In this document: one piece after another, positions 1 to 11,954 of the stretch
Numbering within the stretch: the stretch's first letter is position 1
Layout of the letters: each line of letters starts with the position of its first letter
Assembly (NCBI RefSeq): GCF_000281045.1
Contig: NW_008246085.1
Coordinates: 507,225-571,224 of the forward strand
Source: Saprolegnia diclina VS20
Lineage: Eukaryota
DNA: 64,000 nt
Direction of reading: 5' to 3'
The notes under the pieces: model-generated
Databases searched by the model: none
Seen by the model: only the letters and a program-made list of their open reading frames with translations
Told to the model about the DNA's origin: nothing
Made by a program: the position numbers and the translations under genes

Positions 1-490
1 GCATCGGTGAGAGCTTCAGTCGGTGCATCAGTCGGCCCATCGGTAGGAGCGTCGGTAGGTGCTTCAGTCGGAGCGTCGGTCGGCGCTTGGGTCGGTGCAT
101 CGGTCGGCAAATCAGTTCGTGCATCAGTCGGCGCATCAGTCGGCGCATCGGTGGGAGCATCGGTCGGCGCATCAGTCGGCCCATCGGTAGGAGCTTCGGT
201 CGGCGCATCCGTCGGCGCATCAGTGGGAGCGTCGGTCGGCGCATCAGTCGGCCCCTTGGTGGGAGCATCGGTTGGTGCATCAGTCGGCGCATTGGAGGGA
301 GCTTCAGTCGGAGCATCAGTCGGAGCATCGGTCGGTGCATCAGTTGGTGCATCAGTCGGCGAATCGGTTGGCGCGTCCGTGGGGGCCTCAGTCGGCGCTT
401 CAGTCGTGACATCCGTAGGTGCGTCGGTCGGCGCATCAGTTGGAGCATCAGTGGGAGCGTTCGTGGCCGCATCGGTGGGTGCGTCAGTGT
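1..490. repeat. 12-bp coding tandem repeat (gcatcagtcggc-like; PTDA/PTEA on minus strand)
   Basis: Dozens of degenerate 12-nt units are visible directly. Confidence 0.95.
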
Positions 491-865
491 TGTTTGTCGA
501 CCCATGTGAAAGCGCTGTACGCGATGTTGTCTCGACACTGTTGATACTGTCGTTGTTGGAGCTCGAGCTCTCGAGGTGTGCTAGATGCAACAGTTAGAGA
601 TTCATATCTCGAGTCGGTGTCGCGTACCTTCAATCGCACTCGCCTCAAGGCTCGACTGCTGGATGGCCTGCGACCCCGCTTGGCTCGTTCCAAGCGTGGC
701 GTACGCGCCGACGGCGCAGGCGACCATGAAGGTGACACCAACCGCGGCCGCGACACGGCGCGCCTTGGACGACTTCTTCTTGGGCTTGGCCGCAATCACG
801 ACGCGCGTCGGGCCTGCGAGGAACCGGTTCGTCTCTTCGTTCTCGCTGCCGTACGCTGTTCGCAT
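1..865 (-). CDS. Mucin-like protein with N-terminal membrane anchor and Pro-Thr-Asp/Glu-Ala repeats (runs off window start)
   Basis: Exon 1 MRTAYGS...VAAAVGVTFMVACAVGAYATL is hydrophobic. GT-AG intron 581-627 has a CTAAC branch site. It is followed by STNNTDAPTDAATNAPTDAP... The + strand VGAS ORF is its antisense shadow. Confidence 0.8.
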
Positions 866-1115
866 GATGGCAAATTGAAATCTGGATAAGACGGGCGTCG
901 CTGCATTTTGCTGCTCAAAGATCGCACGCAGTTTTGCTGCTCAAAGAAGATCGCAAAATCTTGCGGTTTCGCGCCGCCGGTTACGCGACGGGTCGACCCC
1001 TCGTTCCAAGATTCCAGGGAACTGAGCCGCGACACGGAGCCTCTGTTGACAATGCATCAAGGTCGCTCGTTAGTATTAAACGATCCACGCGGCCGTTTCG
1101 GTTTTGGCCTCTTGG

Positions 1116-1989
1116 CTAGGCCGCCTTCTTCTTCGCTGCACGGTCAAAGTCATAGGCGAGCGTCCGACGGGTCGCGTCCTAGTCGAAAATTCTTTATAAG
1201 TCCGACTACGGTTTCGTCGCTTGCCTCGAATTTGCCCAGCGGGTGGCCGTGCCAGAAGATCGAGTCGTCGCGCCCGATCAAGTACACGTGTGGCACGGTC
1301 GAGATTCCGTGGGCAAGCTGGTAGCCCTTGGTGAGCGCACCACTCTCGGTCGCAATCCCAAACCGAAACTCCTGCAGCGGCGTGAAGTAGCTCGCCTTCG
1401 TGCCATGAACCGCGTAGTTGTCCAGCTCGGTCTTGTCCTCCTGCGTGACCGCCACGAACTTGACTAAGACTCTGCATGAGAAGACGCTAGCCTATTCGCG
1501 ACGTACCCGCGCCGCCGTACTGATCAAACACCTTCTGGAACTCGCGCAGCGCAACGCGCGACGACTTGCACCACGTACCCTAAGGTATTGTCAGTGCGCA
1601 AGCAGCTATCCAAACGTACAAAGAAGAGGACGGCAATGACTTCATCTTCGCCCAAGCGCACGCGGGCGCCTTGGTAGTACTCGAGCGAGTCGAGATCATA
1701 AGCTAGCATTGCATGAGCCGACACTGCGAGATCATGTACACCTACCAGGCGTGGCTGTCTCGAGGAGGCGTACGGTCGGGTCGTGCTCGATGTAGGACTT
1801 GAGGCGGAGCCGGTGGATCAAGACTGAGGCGCCGACGACGCCGACAAAGGCAAAGTCCTTGAGGCTAAAGGCGGCGATCGAACCGACGTAGTAATACGTG
1901 AGGAAGCCAGCGCAGCTCATGAGCAGGCAGGCTTGGAGCAGTGGCCCGCCGAGCCAGCCGGCGGCCTGCACGATGGAGCGCAAGAGCAT
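1116..1989 (-). CDS. Membrane-anchored thioredoxin-fold (TlpA/redoxin-like) protein, CxxS site
   Basis: Hydrophobic first exon. Spliced IAVLFF-GTWCKSSR, KFVAV, and the cis-Pro segment ISTVPHVYLIGRD..IFWHGHP. Several short introns. Confidence 0.7.
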
Positions 1990-2272
1990 CGTTCCACTTT
2001 TTGTCTTTTAGTGTCATATCCACTCATGCAGTAAATAGTGTTAGATAGTCGCCAGACTGCGTTTCGGATAGAACCTGCATCCTGCGTTCAATCCAGACAC
2101 ACATAGCTTGCGCGGGTGACTGCAACCGACGCGGTAGTCTCGATTAACATACACAGGCAGCGGGAAAAGGGCGGACGAGGCTCAGCCTCGAGTCCCGATG
2201 GAGGTAACACTAAATCATACGTAACCGGATTCGATCTTTTATCCGGATTCCACGAACCGTCGCGGCTGGCCG

Positions 2273-3833
2273 ATGGCGTACGAGGGCGACGACGACTGCG
2301 ATGTGCACATGCCGCCGAAAGACTTTGATTTATGCGACCACGAGGACCCAACCGTGGAAGAGACGGCCGTGCTAGGGCTCTCCGAGTACCGCCCAGGTAC
2401 ATGCATCATGTCGGTGATGTACACTGCTCACAACATCGTGCAGCCGAAGCGCCACGGGGCGATGCAGCCGAGCATGCCAAGACCAAGATGGAAGAGTTGT
2501 ACCTGTACATTCAAACGATCGAGCGAGAGAAGGAAGCACTGGGTCATGACGTGGCAGAGTGGAAGGAGCGTGAGCTCAAGCAGCGGGCGGGCAACGTGGC
2601 GTTGACCAAGCGGATCGAAGAGCTCGAGCGCGCGCTAGTCGACACCAGGCAACAAAAAGATGTGCTCTGCCAGCGCGTCTTTGACGCGCAGCCGGCCATG
2701 CGGGAGCTTGACGCTGGGCACATACACGTGCTGCAGAGCCAACTCGAGGCGCTGCAGACGTCGCTCGACGATGCAGAGCGAGCGCGGCAGAGCGCCGTCT
2801 TCAAGATTAGCGAGCTCTCCATGGGTGGATCGCCCGAAAAATCAACTCAAGACGAGTGGATGAAGCAGTTCAAGCACGACCACGAGCTTCTTCTGCAACG
2901 CGCCAAGCTCAATATGGCGCAGCTACAAGAGCGTCACGTTATTGAGATGGACGTTGCTCTGCGCAAGCTCCGCCTTGAGCACGCTTGTGCGATCGAGAAG
3001 CTCAAGCTATCGCATGAGATGACGCTGGCCGAGTGGCGCCACGACGAGGCCCAACGCGGCAAAGAGATCGAAAGTGCGATGGAAGCCGACCGGTGCACTG
3101 ACAATTGATGTCGCTTGCGTCTCACCGCTGCTACTAGCCATAGCACCCGGCTCGAAATCAAGCACCACCTCCAGCACGCACAGATCCATCACCAAGTCGC
3201 AATCGGGACGCGTGGGCTGCTTGTGGACGCACCAAGTCCGGACGACGAGCTGGTCGTCCGGCTCGCGCTGGACGGCCTCCGCGCCCGCCGCCTCGACGCT
3301 GTGAAGAAGCTGTGCCTGATCCGGCACGCCTTCTGGCGCCACCACCTTCTGCGCCGATGGTATACGTGGCAACATGTCGCTGGCACCGCGACCTACGTGC
3401 GGACCGCGGCGCGGCGAACGCTATCGCGTTGCGTCCAGCGGCGGTCAGAGGAAGCCGCTCGCGCGGCATTTCAAACGTGGCGCTTTGCCGCGTCGAGCGC
3501 GTCGCAACAAGGGTTACACACCGCCGTGATGCAGCAAGTGCTCTCGGGCGAGCGTATCCTGCGGTGGGTGGTCGCCAGATGGGTAAGCATAAAAGTGGTC
3601 GCCAGCTACCCATCGCGTGCAACCCAATCTATTATTCAACGTTGAACTAGCGCCGTCGCGTGCTCGTGGCGTTTTGGACTTGGAAGTCGCACAGCCTCGC
3701 CAGGGCCTCCGACGACAGTAGCGCGCTCAAGTCCGAGATCACCAAGCTGCACGACGAGCTCGCCAAGACCAAAGCCGAGACGTGGCGATGCAAGCGGCAG
3801 CTGCTCCAGCAATTCAAGCAGTCGGCCATGTAA
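2273..3833 (+). CDS. Coiled-coil protein of unknown function (multi-exon)
   Basis: Heptad-rich ORFs 2332-3108 and 3115-3645 are joined by short introns. Last exon ends LKSEITKLHDELAKTKAETWRCKRQLLQQFKQSAM*. Confidence 0.6.
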
Positions 3834-4228
3834 TGCCGTAAGTAGTAGTAACCTAGCAAGCGGCCAACGTGGGATCGCGCTTGCCAGTCACTGCCACCAT
3901 GGCGCCATGCGCTCGCGCCAGTCGGCATGGGGATGAGCATTGCGGTTGCATCGAAGCGGCGCCGTCCGCTTCGCACATGCACGCAGGTTGCGAGCGACAC
4001 GTCGGTGCTGCATGGAAGCCACGGCTGCGGCGCTGCTTCTCGTCGCGTGGGCCCCAAATTTGTCACACAATTTGCGGCTGCAACGGCAACGCGCCTTTTG
4101 ATTGGCTTCTTTTCGTGACCGGGACGGAAATACCGATGATTGGTGGATTTTTGGCCAATAATTGCGTCGAGGTCGAACCTCAGCTGCACGATCATTTTTG
4201 AAATTGAGTTACAAGTCGCAAGAAGATC

Positions 4229-5335
4229 ATGGTCTTCTGCGCCCCTAGCAAGTACTTTGGCGCAGCCGACTTCCCACTCGGGCCGGCCGTCGTCCTCGCC
4301 GTCCTCATGACCATGGGCGTCTACGACGGCGCGTCGGCGTACCCGGCGATGCCACTCGGCGCGTTCCCGTGGCCTGCCTTCGAGGCCAAGTACGTCCTGG
4401 GGTCCGTGCTTGGCTACGGGTCCTACTCGATCGTGCGCGAGGCGACAGACAAAGAGTCGGGCGTTCGCGTTGCTGTCAAGCTCATGGAGAAGGCGGGCAT
4501 GACGCCCGACGAGATGGCCACCGTGCCCCACGAAGTTCACTTCATGCGCCGCATCAACCACCCGCTCTCGCTACAGCTTCTCGACTTTTTCGAGGATGAC
4601 GTCTACTTCTACTTGGTCTCGGAGCTCCTCCAAGGCGGCACGCTCTTTGACCGAATCATTACCAAGGATCACTTTTCCGAAGACGGTGCGCGGGCGATCG
4701 TGCGCCAACTCGTGCAGGTCATCGAGTGCTGCCACCAGCGTGGTGTCATCCACGGCGACCTCAAGCCCGAGAACGTGCTCATGGTGCACGACCTCAACGA
4801 AACCGGCATCAAGGTTGGCGACTACGGGTGCGCATCAACGGTGGCCGACGCGATGGACCCGTCGACGACGCGCTTCTGCGGCACTTTGGCGTACGCAGCC
4901 CCCGAGATCCACGACGCCAAGCCGTACGGGACGCCCGTGGACATTTGGAGCATCGGTGTCATTGCGTTCATTCTGCTCTGCGGTAACTTCCCGTTCAGCG
5001 ACCCGGAGCCGCTGTTGCTGTCGTACAAGGTCACCACCGGCGACTATACGTTCCACGAGAGCGAGTGGCGTCATGTCTCGGATGAAGCCAAGGAGTTCAT
5101 CGCCGGGCTCCTCTCGGTGGACCCGGCTCGCCGACCGACGGCGACCGCGCTCCTCGCGCACCCGTGGCTCCAGCACGCGACCAAGAAGACGACCGAGCAC
5201 TCGATGGCATCGCCCGAGATCGTGACGTCGCTGCTCCCAACACCAACGCAGCGCTATCGCAAGTGCAGCAGCGCGGTGCTCGAAGAGCTCCACATGCTCA
5301 TCGCAGCCATCTCTGCCCGCGACGCGAGCTGCTAA
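4229..5335 (+). CDS. CAMK-group Ser/Thr protein kinase (non-RD)
   Basis: LGYGSYSIV, VAVK, HGDLKPEN, DYG, CGTLAYAAPE, DIWSIGV, RPTATALLAHPW. Intronless. Confidence 0.9.
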   Translation: MVFCAPSKYFGAADFPLGPAVVLAVLMTMGVYDGASAYPAMPLGAFPWPAFEAKYVLGSVLGYGSYSIVREATDKESGVRVAVKLMEKAGMTPDEMATVPHEVHFMRRINHPLSLQLLDFFEDDVYFYLVSELLQGGTLFDRIITKDHFSEDGARAIVRQLVQVIECCHQRGVIHGDLKPENVLMVHDLNETGIKVGDYGCASTVADAMDPSTTRFCGTLAYAAPEIHDAKPYGTPVDIWSIGVIAFILLCGNFPFSDPEPLLLSYKVTTGDYTFHESEWRHVSDEAKEFIAGLLSVDPARRPTATALLAHPWLQHATKKTTEHSMASPEIVTSLLPTPTQRYRKCSSAVLEELHMLIAAISARDASC

Positions 5336-6011
5336 TCCCCATTCACCTATTTATACTCGTTAATAAGCCCAGCATGAATGCATGTGGTATCGTTCTGTGA
5401 GCGACGCACCCATTGCCGTCAAGTGCCTTCTTCTACAGAACGTAGTAGCCGCGTCCACGACGAGCAGCTCGCCGACGACTCAGAACCAGGGCGAAGAAGA
5501 CGTGCTGGGACGAGCAAAGACACCGAGCTCTGGCAGCTGCAGGTGACGCGCCGCTGGGTCGACGGTGCGCCGGTTCGATTTCGTGGGTTGGCCGTAGTAC
5601 TAGCCACCCATGTGCAAGGGTGGAGCAACAGCCAATGTGATATTACAAGACGCCTAGCCTTTGCTGCAGTGATTCATTCGCTCTGCGTCTGCCCACTGCG
5701 GTGCCCAAAGTGGCAGCCGCCGAGCTGCCGCCATGCTCAGCCGACGAGAAATTTTGGTCGAGGGCGGCAAAGTGCTGAGGGTGCAAACCTCTGCGTGAGA
5801 CAACCGTGGGCGTGACCAGCTAATCCATGGCTCCAGCTCATGCTTCCATAACCAATGTTCCGTAGCAGACAGCATCTCTGCTCTGTGCGATTGCTGAAAT
5901 CATCCAGATTCGAGATTCGCATAAATACACTGTTTTAGACAGCATACCTGAAACACTGTTTTCGACCTCTTGAAATGCATACCGTGTGGTGAGGAGGCTG
6001 ATTCAGAGCCC

Positions 6012-9000
6012 ATGGAGGTGATCCAAGCGTCCTGGCCGCACGCCACGACCTTGGCCGCATGGCTCGTCGCGTACGACGTCGGTGCATCTTACTGCGTTCT
6101 CATGGCGCCGGTGGTCTAGGCACGTCGGCGACCAAGCGTGGATGCACGATGCGACGACGGGCTTGTGCGACTTTCTCTCGACGACGATCGTGGCGCTCGC
6201 GACACCAGCGAGCTCGCTGCAAAAGGCAGCGTGGCCATCGACAGTGCACTGCACCCACGTCGAGCTCGTCGACCAAGCGATTGGCATCGCGCTGCAGCGC
6301 AAGCGAAAGGACTGGAGGAAGCATCCGAACCTCATTGCTCGCGGGTTCACGACCGGCTACGAAAGCGACGCCAACCATTTCACGCTCCACGCGCACAACG
6401 TCATGCACCATAGCCCGAATTCGCTCGTGAGCCTCCTCAAGTCCAAGCACTGGGCGCATCTGCACTGCCACCTCGGTAGAGCGACGTCACCTTCATGCGA
6501 TGGACGTGAACGTCGACGTAGGCGACGCATGCATGCTGCACTTGCTCGTGGACCACGTTCTCTGCGTTCGCATCGACTCGGACAGCCAGAGCTACATCCA
6601 GCTGGCGGGTCCACCGCTCCCGCGCCCGATCCCGTTGGGCAAGCAGTGTAGCGTAGTGAGTCTGGCGCCGAGCCTGTACTACAAGTCCGACCGGCCGCTC
6701 ACCGCCACGACGTTTCCAGCGACCCACGTATTGTACCTCGCGCCACCGCATACAGCATCAAGCGCACAGGCCACGCGCCTTGTGCAGTCGATCTTTGGCC
6801 TGCCACCGACCAAGCGCGAACGGACCCGACTCGCTCGGCCGCTCCGCGCCTGGGTGCCGTGGGCACAAACCATGCTGCGGAACTTCCAAGGACTCAACGT
6901 GGAGAAGACGATTGCTCTTGCCTGCCCTTTGGGCGACGCGTGCCGCTTTCAAATGCAACTTTGCACTGGGCAGCCTGCCCCTCGCCTCGTCGGAGGCGCC
7001 GGCTACGCTAGCCAAGACGACGTATCGTCCGGTTCTGACGAAGACGACCTCGAAGAGGATGACGGGCCGCCGCCAAAGCGCCAGAAACTCGCGCACCAAG
7101 CCGAGATACAGGACCTCTTGCAATTTGCGACGCCCAAGGAGCAGGTACAGGGTTCGATCCTCTCGACAATGCCATTGTTTTTGGTCATGTAGGTGCTCGC
7201 GAGCGTGCGTGCTATCACGGCGCAAATTATCCCGATAGCCATGTGGGGTCCGCGGAAGAACTACCAGCACATTGTCCGCCTCCTCCACGCCTACGTTTAC
7301 GGGCGGCGCTTCGATACGCACTCGATCGAAGCGGTCATTGTCCCGATGCTTCAATCCGATGCTGAATTGGCTGGCGTAGACGGTCCGGCGCATGAGCGTC
7401 CAAAGCATTCCGTGGCTCGGCGCGTACGTTGCGCGTCGATACGAGCGTTGGCTCACATGTGGTAGCGCGCGCGTGGGGCCGACCGAAGTGACCAAGCGGC
7501 GTCAGCGCCTCGTGCAGTTCGTGCACTGGGTACACCTCCACGCCTCTCGACGCGGTCTCATGGCGTCTAGATGTGGCGTGAGCTCGTCCAGCCGATTGTG
7601 CGCACCAACTTTTACATGACGACCAAGGAAGGGCAGTTCCACGACGTCCTCTACTACCGCCGCCCGCTCTGGGACGTCGTTTCGTACGTGGCGTGGACGT
7701 GCTGTAGCACATGCGATTGATCGTAGGCAGTTGGCGACGCGGGATTTGCAGCGGCATCTGCTTCGCCCGGTCGCGACGCCGACGACACCCGTGGCCCGCG
7801 TGCGCTTTGTGCCCAAGGCGCGGGGCGTCCGGCCGATCGTCAACCTCTCCAAGCGCGTGTCGTTCCAAAAATCGACCAACGACCTCCTTCAGAGCGCCCT
7901 GCGCGTCTTGAAACACGAGCTCTCGCAGCGCCAGCGCTTGCTCGGGGCAAGTGCCACGAACATGAACGCGGTGCTGGCCAAGCTCTCGGCCTTCAAGGCG
8001 CAGTGGGTCGCAGCGGGCAAGCCCCACGTGTACTTTGTGACGCTCGATGTCGAGCGCTGCTTTGACACGATGAAGCCCAAGCGACTGCTACAGCTTCTCC
8101 CGTCGCTCCTGACCCAAGAGTCGTACCTCGTCCGGCACCACCGCGTCGTGCGAGGCGACCGGTCGCATGTACGCACCCCCACCGTGCGTTCATGCTGGAT
8201 GCTCCGCGTAGGCGGAATACCTGGTCGTCGCGGCGGGGGACTACACGCGCTTTGAGCACCTCATTGCGTCGCGAGGCCTGAAGCGCAACGCGGTACGACG
8301 ACGCTCAGCGTGGCGCGGAATGTCGCACGAGTGGTTAGGTGTACGTCGACGGTGTCGTGTACGACGTCATCTCGCGCGCCGACATTCTCTCGCTTCTCAA
8401 GACGCACTTGCTCGAGCACGATGTGCGCATTGGCCGCCAGACGTATCGCCAAGTCGAGGTGCTCAGTCAACAATGTGTTGCATATCGAAGTTGGCATGGT
8501 AGGGCATTCCGCAAGGCTCGGTGCTTTCGTCGCTCCTCTGCAACCTCTACTACGCTGACTTTGAGAAGCAAGTGCTGCAGACCCAACTGCGCTTCGCAAA
8601 GAACGATCTGCTCTTGCGCTACACGGACGATTTTTGCTTCCTCACGACGTCGCGCGTCCATGCCACGACGTTTCTGCGCCTCATGATCAAAGGGTCGCGC
8701 GCGTTTGGGTGCAGCACCAACGCCGCCAAGACACTTACCAACGTCGAGGGACCCGGCGCCCCGCTTCTCAAGTGGTGTGGCCTCGTCATCGACCCCACCA
8801 CGATGCAAGTACACGCCAACTACGCCAAGCTGCTGCGTGCGGGCCCGGATACGTAGGCGTCCGTTGACCTGTTGACACTTGACGATGCAGCGTAGCCCGG
8901 CGCCGTTGGACCACGCTTTGGCGCTCCCGCGACACAAGCCGCTGCGAGACTGGTTTATCCGACGCGTTCTCTCGACCAACATCGACAAGTGCCATGCCAT

Positions 9001-9467
9001 GTACTTTGGCCGTCGCCTCAACTCCCGCGCCGCCATCGAGGTGCCACCACAGCAGCGTCGACGCCGTTTGACCTTGCGGTAGGTGAATGCGTACCAGCTG
9101 CTGCGGGTCGTAGCCGCCAAGACCATGCACCTCGTTCGTGCGCTGCGTCTTTGCAACATGCTCTACGTCGCCGCACGCCTCGACGCTGCGTGGAGGCTCG
9201 TGCACCGCACGATTCAACGCGCCACCAACGGCGACTGCCCGCTCACGCTCTCGGAGGTTCGTTCGTCCTCCTGTCTCTGCTCGACGAAACGCGTGGTAGA
9301 TGCGTCATATCGGCTTTGCGACTGCAGTCGACGCGAGCGCGGCGTGTCCGTATACCCATGCGCTCACGCCCCTGCTGCAGCGGCGCGCAAAGCGCCTGCC
9401 GTCAACGCCGATGGATCTCGCTGCGCTGCGCGCTGACCCGCGCAACGCCTTTGCGACGCGCTTGTAA
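6012..9467 (+). CDS. TERT: Telomerase reverse transcriptase (many short introns)
   Basis: TEN/GQ motifs (NLIARGF, PNSLVSLLKSKHWAHL, YIQLAGPPL), CP (ALACPL), QFP-like (IIPIAMWG), T motif (NFYMTTKE..VLYYRRPLW), motifs 1/2 (RFVPK, RPIVN), A (YFVTLDVERCFD), B' (GIPQGSVLSSLLCNLYY), C (LRYTDDF), E (KWCGL). Confidence 0.95.
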
Positions 9468-9496
9468 GCTCCGTGGCCTTGGGAATGAATTGCGGT

Positions 9497-11650
9497 TTAG
9501 GACGATTGGACGATCTCGTGGCACAAGTCCGAAGGGACGTCGCCGGCGTTGTTGGCAGCGCTCACCATCCACGGACGCGTGGCGACGAGGAAGGACGCGA
9601 CATCGAGTCGGCCAAAGCGAGCGGCTTCGTGCAGCAGCGTCTCGCCGTGGGCGTCTATATCGTCTGTCGCGAACGCTTCAACAATGCTGATGTGGCCGGC
9701 GCGGGCCGCCGCCATGGCGAAATGGCGCTGGTGATAGTCGCGCACCGAGGCCAGCGCCGGGTCGAGGGCGATGACCGCGCGAAGAAGGTCGAGGTGCCCG
9801 CACTCGGCCGCGCGGTGCAGTATCGTTTGGTCGCCTGGTCCGCGCACATGCAGCGACGTTGCGGAGTGCGCATGCAGAGCCACTAGCACCTACAACCCCG
9901 TCATCGGATCACTCGCATTGATCGTTGGAAGTACCTCGGTATGGTTGTGGGACGCTGCAAAGTACGCGGGCGACCAGCGCTTCTTGGACGCGACGCACGG
10001 GTTGGCACCCGCCTCGAGCAACTGCTGCAGCACTTGCACGTGGCCGAACCGTGCGGCTTGCGACAGCGGACTCGTGCCGTCGTCGTCGCATTGATTCGGG
10101 TCGGCGTGCTGCGTCAGTAGGAACGCGACGACCGCCGACTGGTCGTAGCCGCACGCAAAGAAGAGCGGGGTCTTGCCCTTCTCATCGCGCACGTCGAGGT
10201 CGCCGCCGTCGGCTGCAAACGCTTGGAGCGACGGCAGATCGCCGACCCACGCGGCGCGCCACACATCGAACGGACGCTGGCTGCGGGCGATGCGCCACTC
10301 GAGCAACCGCGCCACCGCCCACGCGCTCGTCGTCGGTATATTCTCGGCCCTTGCAATCGGTAGCGGCGCGCGCGCACCGGCTTGTTCAAGCACGAGGAGG
10401 CTGCGGGACCAATGCGCATCGTCCTTGCCAGTCACCCCTTGCGCGATGCTCGCACAGAGGCGCAGATTGGTCGGTGCGAGGACGGTCGCGAGGTAGGCGC
10501 CAAGGTCGGCGTCGCCCGCGACGCACACGTAGCAGACGAGGCGGCCTTGGGGAGCCAAGCGGCGCGCGGCGAGCGCGATTAGCGGCTGGAGGAGCTGGTT
10601 CTCGAGCCCGTTGTCGCCTGCAGTGCCAAACGTGCGAATGTTGTACGGCGGGTCGCACACGATCGCGTCGACGACGAGGTTCGGACGCCACATGTCGTGC
10701 CGGACGTCGTGGAGGCAACGCTCGGGGGGCGCAAATGCAAACTCGCCAAAGTTGGCGGCCATGTCGCGACCGGGCCCGTCGCCTTGGAGCGACCGAAAGC
10801 TCACGTCGTGGGCGAGGCCGAGCCCTAATCAACGTCAAAGACGCATGCTACCAAGTCCGTACCGATGCCAAAATGAGCGCACGCGAGGAGGATGCCACCC
10901 GAGCCTGCAAAGGGATCGACGACCCAGTCGCCGGGACGAACCTGCGCGAGGTTGGCCATGACGAGCGCGAGCTCCGGGTCCATGGTCGTGACTCCCGTGT
11001 ACGGCCGCTTGTGGAGCGCGTACGTGGCAGCCAGGCCACTGCCGACGCGGCCACCGTGACCACCGCTTGTTGGAGAGAGGCCGTGGCCAACGAGACGACT
11101 CAATAGCGCGCGGCCATCGTCTTCGATGAGAACGCAAAGATGGGTCGACGCTGGCAGCGCCTGCGCCGTGAGGAAGCTCTCGACGTCGAACAAGGCGAGG
11201 CGACCCAGCACAGCACGCTTGTCTTTCGGGCCACGCAGGCGTTTCTTTGGCATTTTGACGTCGACGGTCGTCGCAGGTGGGCGTGCAAAGCAGTGCGCTT
11301 CGAGCTGCGTCGCCAGCGCCGCCACCGACACCTGCAATGCGAGGACTTCGTACGCTGCTTGGATCAAGACGCAGCGGGCGACGATGCACTTGGCCATGGT
11401 CTACGAGACATGGATGCATGCGAGGCTCTGACGAAGAGTCGATACCTCGGAGCTAAAGTCGACGCGGAAGAAGCGGGCTTGCAGCGAGGGCTCGTTGTGG
11501 ATGTGCACTACTCGAGAAGGAAAGGTCAGGAAGCGCGCCGCCTTACTGCGGTAGCTCACAGTTGGTCTCGCCATAGAGCCCAGCGATAGCACGGAGCTCT
11601 TCCGTGACAAGCTCGAGGTGGCGCCCGAGGGCCAAGCAATGCGCCCGCAT
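9497..11650 (-). CDS. TRM11: tRNA m2G10 methyltransferase TRM11-like protein fused to C-terminal ankyrin repeats
   Basis: KRPYTGVTTMDPELALVMANLA, VVDPFAGSGG, DAIVCDPPY. Ankyrin repeats (GKTPLFFAC, GTSPLSQAARFGH, GETLLHEAARFG) start in the same ORF. Confidence 0.8.
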
Positions 11651-11954
11651 CGTGTCAAGTTCAACGCTGCGCCAGCCATAATCCGATCCTTTGTCTGCAA
11701 CTCAATTCCGTTGCTATTGAGAAATCCAAGTGTATGCACAAATACCTCTAAAAACTCAAAACTCAATCCCAAAAGCAGCAATTAATTGATGTTGTGTGGT
11801 ACGTATTCCGGATATGCTATCCGTAATTCGGACGCGAGGGATGGAAATAAAATACAATAAACAGTTTACGTGGCGAAACACACGCCGCTCCACAAGACTC
11901 GGCGGAATAAAAATACGCGTGGAATTGCGGTTGCCTCAGTACGAATTAGCGGGC

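Noticed and set aside
7..597. + strand ORF with VGAS repeats
   Set aside because: Antisense shadow of the minus-strand PTDA mucin, which has a proper first exon and intron.
7731..8856. Reverse transcriptase as a retroelement
   Set aside because: GQ, CP and T motifs and many spliceosomal introns identify TERT. No endonuclease, integrase or terminal repeats.
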